64,000 nucleotides of DNA from Neoechinorhynchus agilis. Taxonomy: Eukaryota; Animalia; Acanthocephala. The DNA is taken from the NCBI GenBank assembly GCA_051530055.1, contig CM121341.1:18702784-18766783 (forward strand), read 5' to 3'. Of this stretch, positions 43,645 to 56,229 are shown in pieces. The notes beneath the pieces are model-generated. The model was not told the DNA's origin. It saw only the letters and a program-made list of their open reading frames with translations, and ran no database searches. Position 1 is the first letter of the stretch, and the number at the start of each line of letters is the position of its first letter. The position numbers and the translations under genes are program-made.

Positions 43645-46600
43645 TGTTCACAACACGCTTTTTTATGCACATTTACGCCAGCACAATCAATAGCGTACTT
43701 AGCACAATCAATAGCGTACTTACTACAATTCCTCGCCCGCAAATTCCTAACCTATTTTGCGGTATTCGTCGTATGGTCGTATAGGAGGCCTCCGGTGACG
43801 TTGACTTCTCCTTAAGAAAGGTGTTGCGTGCTCCCGGTCTTCGTTTTTCTTTAACTTCGGTTGCACCTCGGCCTGCCCTGATTTCGTGACTTCACCTCCA
43901 TCTTCTGCATCGAACTCTACCTTCCTTTGAAGTTCTTCCTCTTCAACCATTATACTTACTTTATCCTTTTCTTGTTCCCATTCTTCGTAGCCTTCTCTTT
44001 GCCTCAAGAATTCCCCGTGTGACCTATTTTGCGTTCCGTTTTTATCCACGATTCAGTAGGACACCGGTCCTGATCGTTGCTCCACGACTCCATTTTGCTA
44101 TTCCCCAGCTCTTCCTTTTTCCACCACACTTCATTGCATTCCCCAAACTCGCAATAACGCCCATCCGGTCTCTGCCTCTGTCTTCGCGCTGTCCTGTCTC
44201 GCACTGTTTCCTCTGTATGTGGCTTGATATTATCGAACACTGTATTCATCCTCCTCCCAAACATCATTTCTGCTGGAGCTTTCCCTGTGATTGCATGAGG
44301 CGTGTTTCTGTATGTTTGTAGAAATTCCGTAAGTGCCCTCCGAGTATCCATTCCTTCCCCTGCCATACCGCGTCGCTTAAGGGTTCCTATAAATCGTTCT
44401 ACCAACCCATTGGTTTGTGGGTTTGAACTGTTGTGACATAAATTGCGGCCCGTTATCGCTCACAATTTTCTTTGGAGTCCCGAATCGAGCAAATGTTTCC
44501 CTCATCCGATCGATCACCATTTCGGATGTTATTTTGCATGTATTGAAGAACCAAACCCCGGGCCACTTACTCCTTGCATCTACGATCGCCAAATACATCT
44601 TTAAGTTTGTCGGACCCGCCAAATCGATGTGCACGCGCTCCCACACTTCCGCCGGATAGTCCCACGGTATAAGCGGTGGTTGTTGAATATTTGGTGGGGC
44701 TATTTGGCACCTTTCGCAACCTTCTACCTTCCGCCGTATTTCATCCTCTATACCGGGCCACCGTGCGTAATATCGACATAGAGCTTTTGTACCTTCAATT
44801 CCTGGATGACCACGAAGTAACATATCTAACACTTCCTTCCTCAGAGAAAAGGGGATGACAATTCTTTGTAAATGCATGACTGCCGTTTTCGCAGGATAAC
44901 TCATCTGCTCGGGCAGCGAACTGCCTGTCCGTATTGAGCATCGTTTTCGGCCATTCGAGCTGCAAATATCGTCCAATCCTTGCCAGTTGACGATTTTTAA
45001 TCGATTCCGCTTTCAATCTTGACTTCGTCAAACCGCAAGCCCCCACCTTCTCCTCTTGCACCATTCGTAGCGTTATTGTCTCCTCCTCTGAGTATTTCTG
45101 CTTTGCAGGGTCTACCGGAAATCTCGACAAAAAATCAGCACATTTGTTATCGGCCCCTTGAACATATTCGATCTCAAAGTCGTATTGATTCAAGAACAGG
45201 CCCCAGCGTACCAGTCGATTATTCGTCATCTTGGACAAATCTCTCCGCATTCCAAAAATATGCTTCAGGGGTTTGTGATCGGTCTCTAAGATGAATCGAT
45301 GTCCATATAAGAATTGGTGGAACCTCTTGATCGAGCTGACGATTGCTAAAGCTTCCTTTTCTATAGTCGCGTATTTCTTTTCCGCTGAGGTAAGTGTCCG
45401 GGATACAAACATGATCGGTTCTTTGCTCCCATCTTCCTTCTTATGGAACAATCCCGCACCAATTCCTTCTTCGCTTGCGTCGCATGTCAGCACAGTCATT
45501 CTTTTGATATCGAAAGGTACTAAGACCTTGTGATTTTGGACCGCTCGCTTTACTCCATCGAAGATATCCTTCTCATACTTTCCCCATTTCCACGGAACTC
45601 CTTGTTTCAGTAACGCATACAATCCCCTGCAGTGGGATTGCAATTCGGGCATGAAGCGTTCTAGATAGTTGACCATACCGATGAACGACTTAAGCTCGTT
45701 TTTATTTCGTGGGTATCGCGCCGACGTTATCGCAGTCACCTTTTCTCCTTGCGGTTTTATTTTCCCGTCTTCTAAGCAGTGCCCCAAATATCGCACCTGT
45801 GCTTCCATAAATCTACATTTATCTCTCTTGATGCCAATCCCTGCCTCCTCCAGTCGCTCGAGCACTGCCTTTAAATTTTGCAGATGTTCTGCGTCAGCTT
45901 TATCCAGTCAATCCCCCATAAACATCCCTTCGTTCCTTTTACCACGTGCACCACTGTATTCTTCTTTATCCCACTTGTTTCGATTCTCACTTTGCACTTG
46001 CCCAGACAATCGATTTCGGATCCTCCAAACGCCTTCAATCGCTTCGTCAGTTTCAAACTCGGCTTTCCGATCTTACTCCACATATCCTCGTCGATGATAC
46101 TAACTTCCGCGCAAGTATCAAAATTCATTGTCACTTGACATCCATCGACCATCGCCTCTATTTCTGCTCGATTACCCTCGTCATTTGCATTGCAGATCAG
46201 CCCATAACAACCATAATCTTTCTTAAATTCCCACTCATCCTCTCTAGGCTCCACTCCTTTTACGGCTTCTACTTGTCTCACCCACATTTTTCTACACATT
46301 CGGGCAAAATGTCCGCTAATACCACACTTGTAACATTTTCCTCTACTTGTCGGACATTGACCTTTATCTCGATGAACGAATTCGCACTTTCCGCATCGAT
46401 TACCGAACTTCTCTTTCGGTTCTTGTACTCGCTTATCCTCTGATTTCCTTGTGAACCTTTGACTTCTTATTATTCGATCAACCTCGACCTCTCCTCTTTG
46501 ATCCGAACGCTCGTTACTTTTTGAATCACACAACAGCTCACTCGCCTTTTATGCTACCTCGATCGCTTCGGCAATCTTTTAGACTTCCTCCAATGATGCT

Positions 46601-46660
46601 GAATCCTTGCCTTGCATCGCAGCTTTTCTTAGAGCTTTCGAAGGTGTCGCCACGATTATA
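43645..46660 (-). mobile_element. Ty3/gypsy element, 5'-truncated, RT core deleted
   Basis: Gag CCHC (CYKCGISGHFARMC), protease FDTCAEVS, RT C-terminus, RNase H (CDASEEG, ETDHKPL), integrase (HPGI, HIDLAGP, SDNGPQF, VERF). Putative short 3' LTR (TG..CA) at 43645-43727 after a purine tract. Confidence 0.9.
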
Positions 46661-46662
46661 TG

Positions 46663-48800
46663 ATCTATCTTGGCGCCCTGATTTTATAGCCTTTCTACGT
46701 CTATACTTACAGTTCTTCTAAAATATTTAGATATTGAAAACTTGTGGAATCTATGTGTACGATTTTATTATGATTCAAATATCTGTACTGATGAGTGTTT
46801 TAAAGTTGAAAACAATATGCTGCATTACAATATTTTTAATCTATCTGTGTACTCGAATAGTTTATAACTTATCACCATAATTCTATTGAATGAAAGGTCC
46901 CTAAATGATAAGGTATTTCATTGAAAATGTTACTATATTTAACATACATACAAACTATTTATGCTAGTCAAATCGAAAAAGGTATAATTATCCAATTCGT
47001 CGATTACGTTATTTGACAAATTTCTATTCGGAGGCTTTTACAAACGATATCAAAAGATTTGCAGGACTCACAATCTCTGCAATTTGTAGCATTTCCAAAA
47101 TGTACCAACTGGATATTTGTATAACCTATTTGAAGACAAGTCCCTGAAATGAAATGTAAGTTGTAAAACATCGAGATATTGAATAGCGATCGTACAAATG
47201 GGTTATACTTTCGAGGTGAGCGAAAAATCCACCTTCCTGAGTGTCCGATAAGCTCGAAAGGAGGTTATCCGAAATCAATCTGTATGATATTCAAATGCAT
47301 TGGGATAAGTAAACATGAACCGTTAACCGCACAATATCCGTAGTTTTCGAAGATTTTTAAATAAGTACAATTCCAGCATCATAATTCGATTGCTTTTCAG
47401 GTTTCTAAGTACAATAAAGGTAAAACATAAATGGTGTTGCCTCGCCTTACAAATTTTGCAATTTCGGGTTATGTGTGAATAAATCTCTGTCTATTTTAAA
47501 GATCGAATTGAAGGAGAGGTCCCTTTTTGTGCAGGAAGTTACTATGAATTCGATTTTAAATCTCACAATTCTCTCAAATATTGCAGATCTGCAAAGTCCT
47601 GAGGTGAAATATACGACAAAGAGCAGTTTGATAAATTCCTAAAATCAGAGTATAAATAACACTCCTGCTTACTCGTCATTTACAAACAGCACTTGGAGAG
47701 TAAACAGTTTCGAGAAGAGATGACCAACTCTCGAAATGTTGCTATGTGACAAATCCCTAAAATGTTAAGTTAAAACAATCATTAAAACCGAAAATAGAAC
47801 ATACAAAATTTCAATTCTCGTCAATTTGAGCACCCTTGGCTCTATGGTGGTTAAATCGTTGTATGATAGGTTACTAAACATTCTTGTAAATGATTTGAGA
47901 AAAACATATTACAGGATTTTTAATTTTCCATTTCCAGAGAAAGCATTTCCATTCAGTTGGGCAATCTGATTATGACTTAGATCTCTTGATAAGAGGTTCG
48001 AGTCGTTTTGACAATAAACATTTAAACTTACATAAATTGAAGCGAACATGCATATTCGAAAAAAGCTTTACTGATATTTCCGAAGGAATTGTAGGAGAGA
48101 TCTCTATTCGCGTTTAAGAATTAAATGAATGTTTTGCTCTAAGCAAACTTACATTGATGTTAGATCATAGTTACATTCCGTTAGTGTATTAATGAACACA
48201 TAAAGACGATTATTACTTGCGTTTCTATCCAAAAATTTACACTTGAGAAATGAACGACTTTATTCTCACATTTCTGTGTACGTTTTAGTATTGCAGCAAT
48301 ACCCCTTAAATAGAAATCTAAAATGGCCATCGCACAATTAGGTGCTATTTCAATCAGATTTAATTACCCATACGAATCAAGCTGATCCACGCAAATGAGG
48401 CCACGTGAATGGTAGATTTGATTTGCTTTAAATCCGTAAATTCCACATTGCGTCAAATTTGCTCCATTGACGATGCAGAACAAGAAGCCGATTAATTTAA
48501 AGTTCATGCGAAAAACGAAGCTAAAAGCTAGAACAAGCAATGGTTGAAGTCATTCAGTATGCACAGTTTTAAAATTTTAAAAAAACCCAATGATTCATTC
48601 GACCAAAAGGAGTCAGTTTTAAGAAATAGTGAAGTGCTTACGCCGGCGTTAAACGTAAAACAAGAGTGATTGCGGGCAAGAAAATTTGCGAATCGCTCTT
48701 GGGCGGCATTAATTAATATCGAAATATGATTTTTCTGATTCATTTGATTCCATTAAAATTTGATTATTTAAGAATAATTTATTTTTGAACAACTTTTGTC
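46663..48800 (+). repeat. ~2.1-kb duplicated segment, copy 2 (partial LRR gene on the minus strand)
   Basis: Copy of 38590-40728; abuts the truncated gypsy gag. Confidence 0.92.
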
Positions 48801-49234
48801 CTTTAAATGAGCGCGAGTCCGTCCCTGTGACGGAACACATTCGGAACGAGTAGAAATAAAATTCTCGACGAGAGTTGGGTTTGTGGCCAAGGACTCGGTG
48901 GAACTATCTATCGTCGAGAGACTACTTATATACCGGACGGTTGGAAGGGGAAGGGATGGTGCTTCCGGAGATAACAATGAGAGGATTTCTGGACATCAGC
49001 TTCAACAGGCGGGACGAACTTTCTTATTCGATGTCACTACTTTAAAATACTTCACATCGCAACGCGTCTTTGTAGATTGCCCAAGGAAGCTATAATACGG
49101 CGAAAGCTCAAAAATTAAGATTTTCTTTTTCTTGACCATTACAATAATCCGATAAAACTTGGTCTTCATAAGTGAAAGGATGGAATTCGACTCGAAACAA
49201 TTGACGTTACAAGTGTTCACAAACACGGAAAACT

Positions 49235-51066
49235 TTATTGCGATTTTTCACTCTTTTCTGGGACCCAAAGTCCACTTTTAACACATCGATCGATGTGATA
49301 TTTTGCTTCATCTTGAGGCATTTGAGAAAGCGTACTTTTCAACATTTCAATATCCTGGTTTTCGAAGCAGGTCTTTAGTGGTGTCGGGAGGCTTTCAAGC
49401 ACTTCCAAGGGATCCAATCCTCCGGGCCCTAATCTTTTTTGTTTTTCCTCTTTTTCTTGTTCAGCGTAGATCTCCTCTATTTTCTCTTTCGCGCGCTTCT
49501 CGATTCTTAAGACAAAAGCTTCCAGTTCATTTTCAAGCCCAGCCATGGCTTCTGCTTCCCCGTTTTGAATTCGAGTAAAAAAGGGTTTAATGCACGCTCT
49601 TGGATCTTTTCCGATACCCTTAGCCAATTCAAGGATGAATTGAAGAATTATAGTCTGTCTAGCGACGTGTACCATCAAATCGTGCTTATCTCCCATTTCA
49701 AGTTCGATACAATACACAACAAGAAAGTTAGCGGTGAATTCGCATACAAGATCCGGATTATCAAGGAGAAATCGTTCGCTACTGGGATATTTGCGCAGCA
49801 TTCCAAATTGTTTAATTGGTTCTTCATAGCGTTCAATAAAGCGCGCGAATCTTGCGGATTCATCCTGATCATCAGAAATGTCATCTTCCTTCACCTTTAG
49901 TGGCTTGTTTATCAAAGTTTTGGAAAAACGCTCATTACTTAAGGCATATTATTTCGATTCGTATTAAAAGAAAACGTTTAAATGCGCTAAAGAATCGATG
50001 ACCTAAAAACAGCTCCATTTTCAACTTCAGGGAACATAGAAATTAAAAAGCTTAACAAATCCAGTTTTTTCCCAATCGAATAAATGAAATAGGTTCTTAG
50101 TGTCAAACTAAGAACAGATAGTAGAATTCCAGTTGAAGAAGTATCACGTAAACGCACAGCCTCAACGCGTTTCACTGGCTAGGGTTATCATTATTCAAAA
50201 AGTCGATTATCCTTTTAGCGATTTTAACTAGGTTTAATTTTGAGGGAACGCTACCAGCATTATGGGACCAATCTCCATTGGCTTCGAGCTGGGACGTGAT
50301 TGATGCTACGAGTATATTTAAATTAATAGTACCATAAAAAATTTCTTAGTACCTGAGTTAAAAGATGTAATTCTAAATCCAACGAGGTAATCATGTTGAC
50401 GTTCGAGAAGTTTGCTAAATAACCATCGAACAAGAGGTTTTAATTTTCATACCATTTAATCGGCAATAAATGTACCAGAATAAACCGAATCTGTGTGAGT
50501 TTTAGTAAAAATAGAATTTTCAGGTTCTGAGAGGAATCGAAAGCAATAAATTCCCGAAATTTTTGTTATTTTTTTCAAGGCAAAAGCAATCTCTTTTGGT
50601 TAAAAAATTATGAATATACAATTAAAGCTTGACGCCTAGAAATAATACCCGTTACTGAATTTCAAACAACAAACGAACATTTCACTCCTATACTTACAAA
50701 AAACGTTAAATTTTGATTCGACCGTATCTACCGCTGTTGACGAATCAATATAATTTGCGACAAGGTATCCACATTCCATGGCATTTTATCTTCATCTCTC
50801 TTAATAGCCTCTTCTTCATCTTTCCATGTTTGAAAGCGTTTATACCACGCTTCCCTTTCGTCGTCATTTTTCAAAGTTTTCTTTTCGTCCATCAATTTTT
50901 TATGAAGATCTGAATGCATGGCTTTTCGTTGCTCGTGAGCATCCATTCGCTCAAGACGAGCGCGGTGTCGCCAACGAAACAAACTTGGAGTATCAATATT
51001 TGGATGAGTATCATCCTCATCATCAGACACCTCAATCGTCTTCCACTTGTCGTAGTTAATCGACAT
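49235..51066 (-). CDS. CDC37: Hsp90 co-chaperone Cdc37, two exons
   Basis: MSINYDKWKTIEVSDDEDDTHPNIDTPSLFRWRH..MPWNVDT | NERFSKTLIN..LVCEFTANFLV..QFILELAK..GPGGLDPLEVLESLP..RCVKSGLWVP. Confidence 0.95.
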
Positions 51067-51713
51067 TTTATTCCTAGTTTCCATCTTCTTGCGAATCGCA
51101 TAAAACCTGTGCGAGACCACGGAAGAAGTAAACATACATCTCAACTTTTGGCGCTGAGAGATACGACTTGTCTTTCAATTCCAAACACATCTAAGAGCTC
51201 AATGCATAAGAACGTGGAACATAGTCTTATTTGGTCCACAATTAACGATTTACGCCTTCATTTCTTTCATTTATTTTTTGCAAAGATCTGTATATAGAGA
51301 TTATTCAAATTGGATAATTACAGACTTCGAAATCAACAGTCGCGTAGTTCTAAATCCAAATACTTAAATGCTATTCACTCTCCAGACCTCTATTTTGTGT
51401 CCAAAATCTTATCTTTCATTCTAACAGCATGCAATCTACATATAATGTTCTGTCAATCTTTACCAATTCGATAAATACACTTGCGATGAGAAACATAACG
51501 CAGTTGTTCCGCTTTTCAAAAAATTTCCGATTTCAATGTAAAAACCATTAACTCACAAGATAAATTTATGTTTGAGTCTATTTTATGTACCCAAAAGCCA
51601 ACATAAACTAAAGTCATAGATTATTCACGCCATGTCTCAATTTCCGGAAAACGAATTCGATCTTTTCTATTTTTGCATAATAAGAACAGGATGAGTTTAT
51701 AAACATAAATGCA

Positions 51714-52040
51714 ACCGCTCTGGATTACTCAGCTGCAGTCATGGTGCAGTGATTCGTCTTAGTCTCTTGGACAACTGATCTACCAGGGCAATATGGCGAA
51801 TTTCAGCGTAAAACTATCTGCTAGTGACGTAGTTAAAATCAGTAGAACACACGATACAGTGCAAGGTTTACGAGCGGGCACACGGTCCCCGAACCTTGTT
51901 GGAAGTAGCGAACCTGTCGACGCCAGCATGTTAGACAAAACATAGGAATAACAATAACCAAAACCTTTTTAGATGATTGATAAGAGGAGGTTTCCCCGCG
52001 AAATATTTCATTACAATAAAATGATCTGTAGCCGCGATTA
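51714..52040 (-). mobile_element. CRE-like LINE 3' fragment
   Basis: VDRFATSN remnant and a 3'-end motif shared with 40795-40950. Confidence 0.5.
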
Positions 52041-52325
52041 TCTTCACCACAAGTCAAAATTTACCAGGAGAATGGTTAAAGTTTATAATATATAAAATTA
52101 TTAGATGAATATAATTGTATAAACCCCGATCTTGAAAGCAGATTGTACTCACACCATTTACTATATCTATTTTTTTTACATTTTGTGATAGTTGGGGATT
52201 TCGAAACATTATATGAAATAATCCTGTTTAAGTTCATATATTTATTTTAAAAGGATCTTCTTTTCTTTTTATCATTTTTAATTTTCATGAAATTTTTTAA
52301 GTGTGAATTTGTGCCTATCCTCAAG

Positions 52326-52462
52326 CTCACTGGTGAGTCCCGCCTCGTGGAGGTATCTGAGGATCCGAAGAGATGTACGAGCTCTTAACCTTTCATCGAA
52401 GTTTATGTAGTCATATCACTTCTTTGATGCAAAGCATAAAATTCGACCGCCGAAAGTGCTAA
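52326..52462 (+). mobile_element. Permuted-hammerhead repeat, copy F (5'-truncated)
   Basis: ctca-CTGGTGA-gtccc-gcctcgtgga-ggta-TC-tgag followed by the copy-A-type tail ending cgaccgccgaaagtgctaa. Confidence 0.8.
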
Positions 52463-53197
52463 AATAATTCATATAAAAAGAAATACAACTGAATTATTTA
52501 TTTATCAACGACCTTAGAATGGAAAATGTTCAGAGGAAACTTCTTATTGGATACAAATCACCAGAAGTTGGTCATCGTTATGCTATTTTAATATTTGAAT
52601 AAAGGGAGGGCACCATTGGTAAAGCATCAAAATTCCTCCGAGCTTTCACAAGGCTTGGAAGTTTAAGATTCTGAAAAATCTTCAAACATTATAATCTTGC
52701 TCCCTTGTATTTACTGGCATTTTATGTGAAGACGGACGACTGAGATTGTGAGAGATTTAAGACTGTAGATCTATATTCCTGAATTATTCGTCAGAATATG
52801 TCGACAACTATACACTAATGTCGTCATTTATCACGATTGCTCTATTTAACTTAGATTTTTCATGTTTTCCAATAATCTTTGGTTATTGCAGCATTTTTAT
52901 TCAGATGGATACATTTCATATCTTAAGTGTGATTAAAAGAATACAAATTTTTGGAAGAAAAACTTGGGAAAGATGAACAAAAATGTCGTAAAAATTCATT
53001 GTAATTAACTGCGATTTCTATATAATATGTAAAAATAGCGGAAAAGCTTTTACATTTAATAAAAGCCTTCGAAAATAAATTTGTGTTAACAAAAAGTCAA
53101 CAGAAAACGATAAGCGTCGGTCGAAAAAACACTTCTAATCTCGGCTCATCATGTCGACTGTTAAGTAAATGGTGTCGTTTCCTGAGAAGTGAATTCA

Positions 53198-54283
53198 ATG
53201 AACACATTCGAAATTTGTGCTGTGATCTCTTTGATCAGTTTTTTCAATATAACTTCCGCTCGTCCACGATCAAGAGAACGTTCGCCGCACATTTATTCGG
53301 ATTATCTAGGTGATGAATTTCCAAGCACCAATTATGACAGATACGACTTGGTAAATAACCGGTTTGCGAACGATGAGCGGGCTGTGGTCTTGGTTCTGCC
53401 TGATGATCAACTCGATGAGATATTGATCGGAAATGTTGATGATAACGATCAGCAATGGAATAGGCCAACATTTTGGCAACTTTCAGGTCTTCAGAAAGTG
53501 TCAACAACAGAAGATGTCGCATCGCTTGAAGAGGAAAAGACAACGAGCTTCTCAACTGAAGAAATTGAAAGTTGTGAAATACACTTCTGCGATAATCTGG
53601 AGACTTCATCGGCAATGACAATAACAGAGGAAATGACAATGTAGACGACTGAAGTGACTAAAGAATAAACAACTGAAGAGCAAACAAGCGAGCCAAAGAC
53701 AGAGGAAACAACAACAGAGGAAACGACAATGGAGACGACTGAAGTGACTAAAGAACTGAAGCGCAAACAAGCGAGCCTAAAACAAAGGAAACAACAACGG
53801 AGGAAACGACAATGGATACGACTGATGTGTCTACAGAATCAACAAATGAAGAGAAAACAAGCGAGCCAACGACAGAGGAAACAACAACAGAGGAAACAAC
53901 AACAGAAGAAACGACAATGCAGACGACTGAAGTGACTACCGAATCAATAATTCAAGAGCAAACAGATGAGTCAAAAACGGAGAGACAATAACCGAAAATC
54001 AAGCAAGTGAGTCAAGCACAGATGCCGATATCATAGAAAGGGCAAATTGAAACCGGCTATTCTCTCTATGACTGAATATGTCGCTGAAATGAAAAGCAAT
54101 GCACAGTCGCTAAGCACCATGGATTCTCTCAAACTTCCAACAGAAATTCATTGTTTATGTGAAATTCTTGACTTCGTTGATTCTCTATTCAATAACATAA
54201 TCAAGCAAATGGCATTACTTGTAGAAAACTCCGAAGATAAACAAGAACAAGAGATGATTAAGCGACTTGTTTATAAAAAATAA
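53198..54283 (+). pseudogene. Secreted Thr/Glu-rich (mucin-like) protein gene with stops and frameshifts
   Basis: Signal-peptide-like MNTFEICAVISLISFFNITSA; repeats of the type TTEETTMETTEVTKE/EQTSEP; in-frame TAG at 53642 and a nearby TAA; frameshifts. Confidence 0.65.
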
Positions 54284-54744
54284 GATCATTGAGAAATATA
54301 AATCTACAACGCAATGTAGATCCATATTCTCGAAATACCAAGTTGCCGACTTTGCAGGATGCTTTAACCCTACGGTGGCTTATGCTGGGACGAGGAAGGA
54401 TAAATACATCATGAGCAGCTGTGAGCGTTTTGATTAATCTTTAGTGACTTATTAGTTTATAGACAAAATACTTCAAATATTGATTTAATTAAAATAAAGC
54501 TCAGTTTTAAATTGGTGTTTTCTGTAGCCTTTTCTTTTTTCATAAAAGCAATTTGATCTTAAGAATGAATTGTAAAAAGTAATAACATATTCTCGAGATG
54601 CATTCATCAGTAGGATAAGAGTGTTGATTCACAAAAGCCTTTTGTGGGTACAAGACTTTATAATCTGCGAAAAAGCTGCAAATCACAAGTTAAGAAAAGT
54701 TAAAAGCACTTGTCCTGCGAATAAATATCTATAATTGGCTTGGG

Positions 54745-54812
54745 AACGCTGCATCCGTTCTTTCGACCGTTACAACAGGACGGCAGCTGAGTGATCCAGA
54801 GCGGTGGTGTGA
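54745..54812 (+). mobile_element. Extreme 3' fragment of a CRE-like LINE
   Basis: GGGAACGCTGCATCCGTTCTT encodes GNAASVL. Confidence 0.7.
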
Positions 54813-55746
54813 ATGATCTAGCGTATTATAGTTATCTATTTTGTTATTTATATCAAAAACTAGTGAAGATATGGCCTATTACTTAAAAACCATATCAAAT
54901 CATAGCTTTTACATTTTACTTGTTAATCTATCAACGAATGCCAGTCTTCTGCATGGGGATCGTATATCAAAAGATGTGATATGTGCATCGGCACGTGGAA
55001 TGAAAATCTCAAAATGAACAGTACCAACGATTTGCAATTTAAAATTACGTTCGAGTAAATTTGTGTTCATATACGGTGATGATTTATGATGAAGTGATGG
55101 GATCATATAACAACAATGATAAAAATCAAACTAGAAAATTGACAATGAAGCTTTAGAAGCGATAGTTTTGATGTATGCGAATATGATATTCGAATCTTGT
55201 TTCTGAAACTCCTTTTTTGACGACAATCCTAACGGCCACCGTCAACAATGTACATACGTTCACCAAAAATGTAAACAGGAAGTCTGAAAGTTTGTAAATT
55301 TCAATATATGTGGTCAACTAACAAAAGGATTCCAATCTATTTAAAATTGGGAACTCAAATCTATTGAATGCAGCACTCCGCCATTACTGTCCTATCGATG
55401 TCAGAGACACGGGCACTGGTTCTGGAATTTGGTTCGTAATTGCCGGCTACGTTACTTCTACTGTTCCGTAATTGCGCAGTGGGTGACCTGGAACTCGATG
55501 AGGTGAATCAATCAAATAAAACCGAATTCCACCGAACCCAGTGCATTCCTGTAGCATTAAAGTTAGACACGAATGCATTTATATTTAAATGTCCTTAATA
55601 TAGATTCGGATTTCTATACCAACAATAAAGCGATATAATAAACCGACAGAATGTCGATATGTGAGAAGGTAACTTAATATATGATTAGAGTCATTGCTTA
55701 GAAGCCTTCATCCGGTAAATAATTATTTATTAAAAACGTTTATTTT

Positions 55747-55785
55747 AGAACTGACGACGAAGCCGGCGAAGTTCGAAATGTTTTT
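55747..55785 (+). ncRNA. Minimal type I hammerhead inside an asymmetric fold-back
   Basis: agaa-CTGACGA-c-gaa..ttc-GAAA-TG-T-T-ttt; flanking inverted arms 55698-55740 and 55777-55821. Confidence 0.6.
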
Positions 55786-55951
55786 AATAAAAAAATATTT
55801 ACCAGGTGAAGACTTCTAAACAATAACAAAAATCAAATCGCTTTGATTTAACATATTTGTCAAAAATATTTTATCCTTAAAGTCGGACAAGTTACGATTA
55901 ATGGTGTCAACCTGACTGACTGGCAACTATTTTGGCGTACACCTTTAGATA

Positions 55952-56191
55952 ATGAACAATGAGAAGGTTCGTGTAGAAATTGCAAAATTGATTTTTATGA
56001 GTCCTTGTGTCGGTGGACAAACTTCATGGCAACATTTCGGAATGGATGATGATAGATATTCAATCGGTCAGATTATTCATGCCTACCAGGCAATAGTCAG
56101 AATTGTTCGTCCGGACCGTGGGGGAAATGGTGGCAATGTGAACAGTCTGATTCGAGCTTACCGGACATTGATGAACTGCTCAAAAAAGTAA
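55952..56191 (+). CDS. Small intronless ORF with a degenerate J-domain (DnaJ) signature
   Basis: QIIHAYQAIVRIVRPDRGGNGGNVNSLIRAYRTL resembles EIKKAYR.LA...HPDKGG......LN.AY..L, with HPD changed to RPD. Confidence 0.45.
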   Translation: MNNEKVRVEIAKLIFMSPCVGGQTSWQHFGMDDDRYSIGQIIHAYQAIVRIVRPDRGGNGGNVNSLIRAYRTLMNCSKK

Positions 56192-56229
56192 CCAAAATAC
56201 ACTCAGATTCGTTCGTGCACGACGATGTG

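Noticed and set aside
53640-53940. CRISPR-like repeat array
   Set aside because: These are coding Thr/Glu repeats without unique spacers, in a eukaryotic context with no cas genes.
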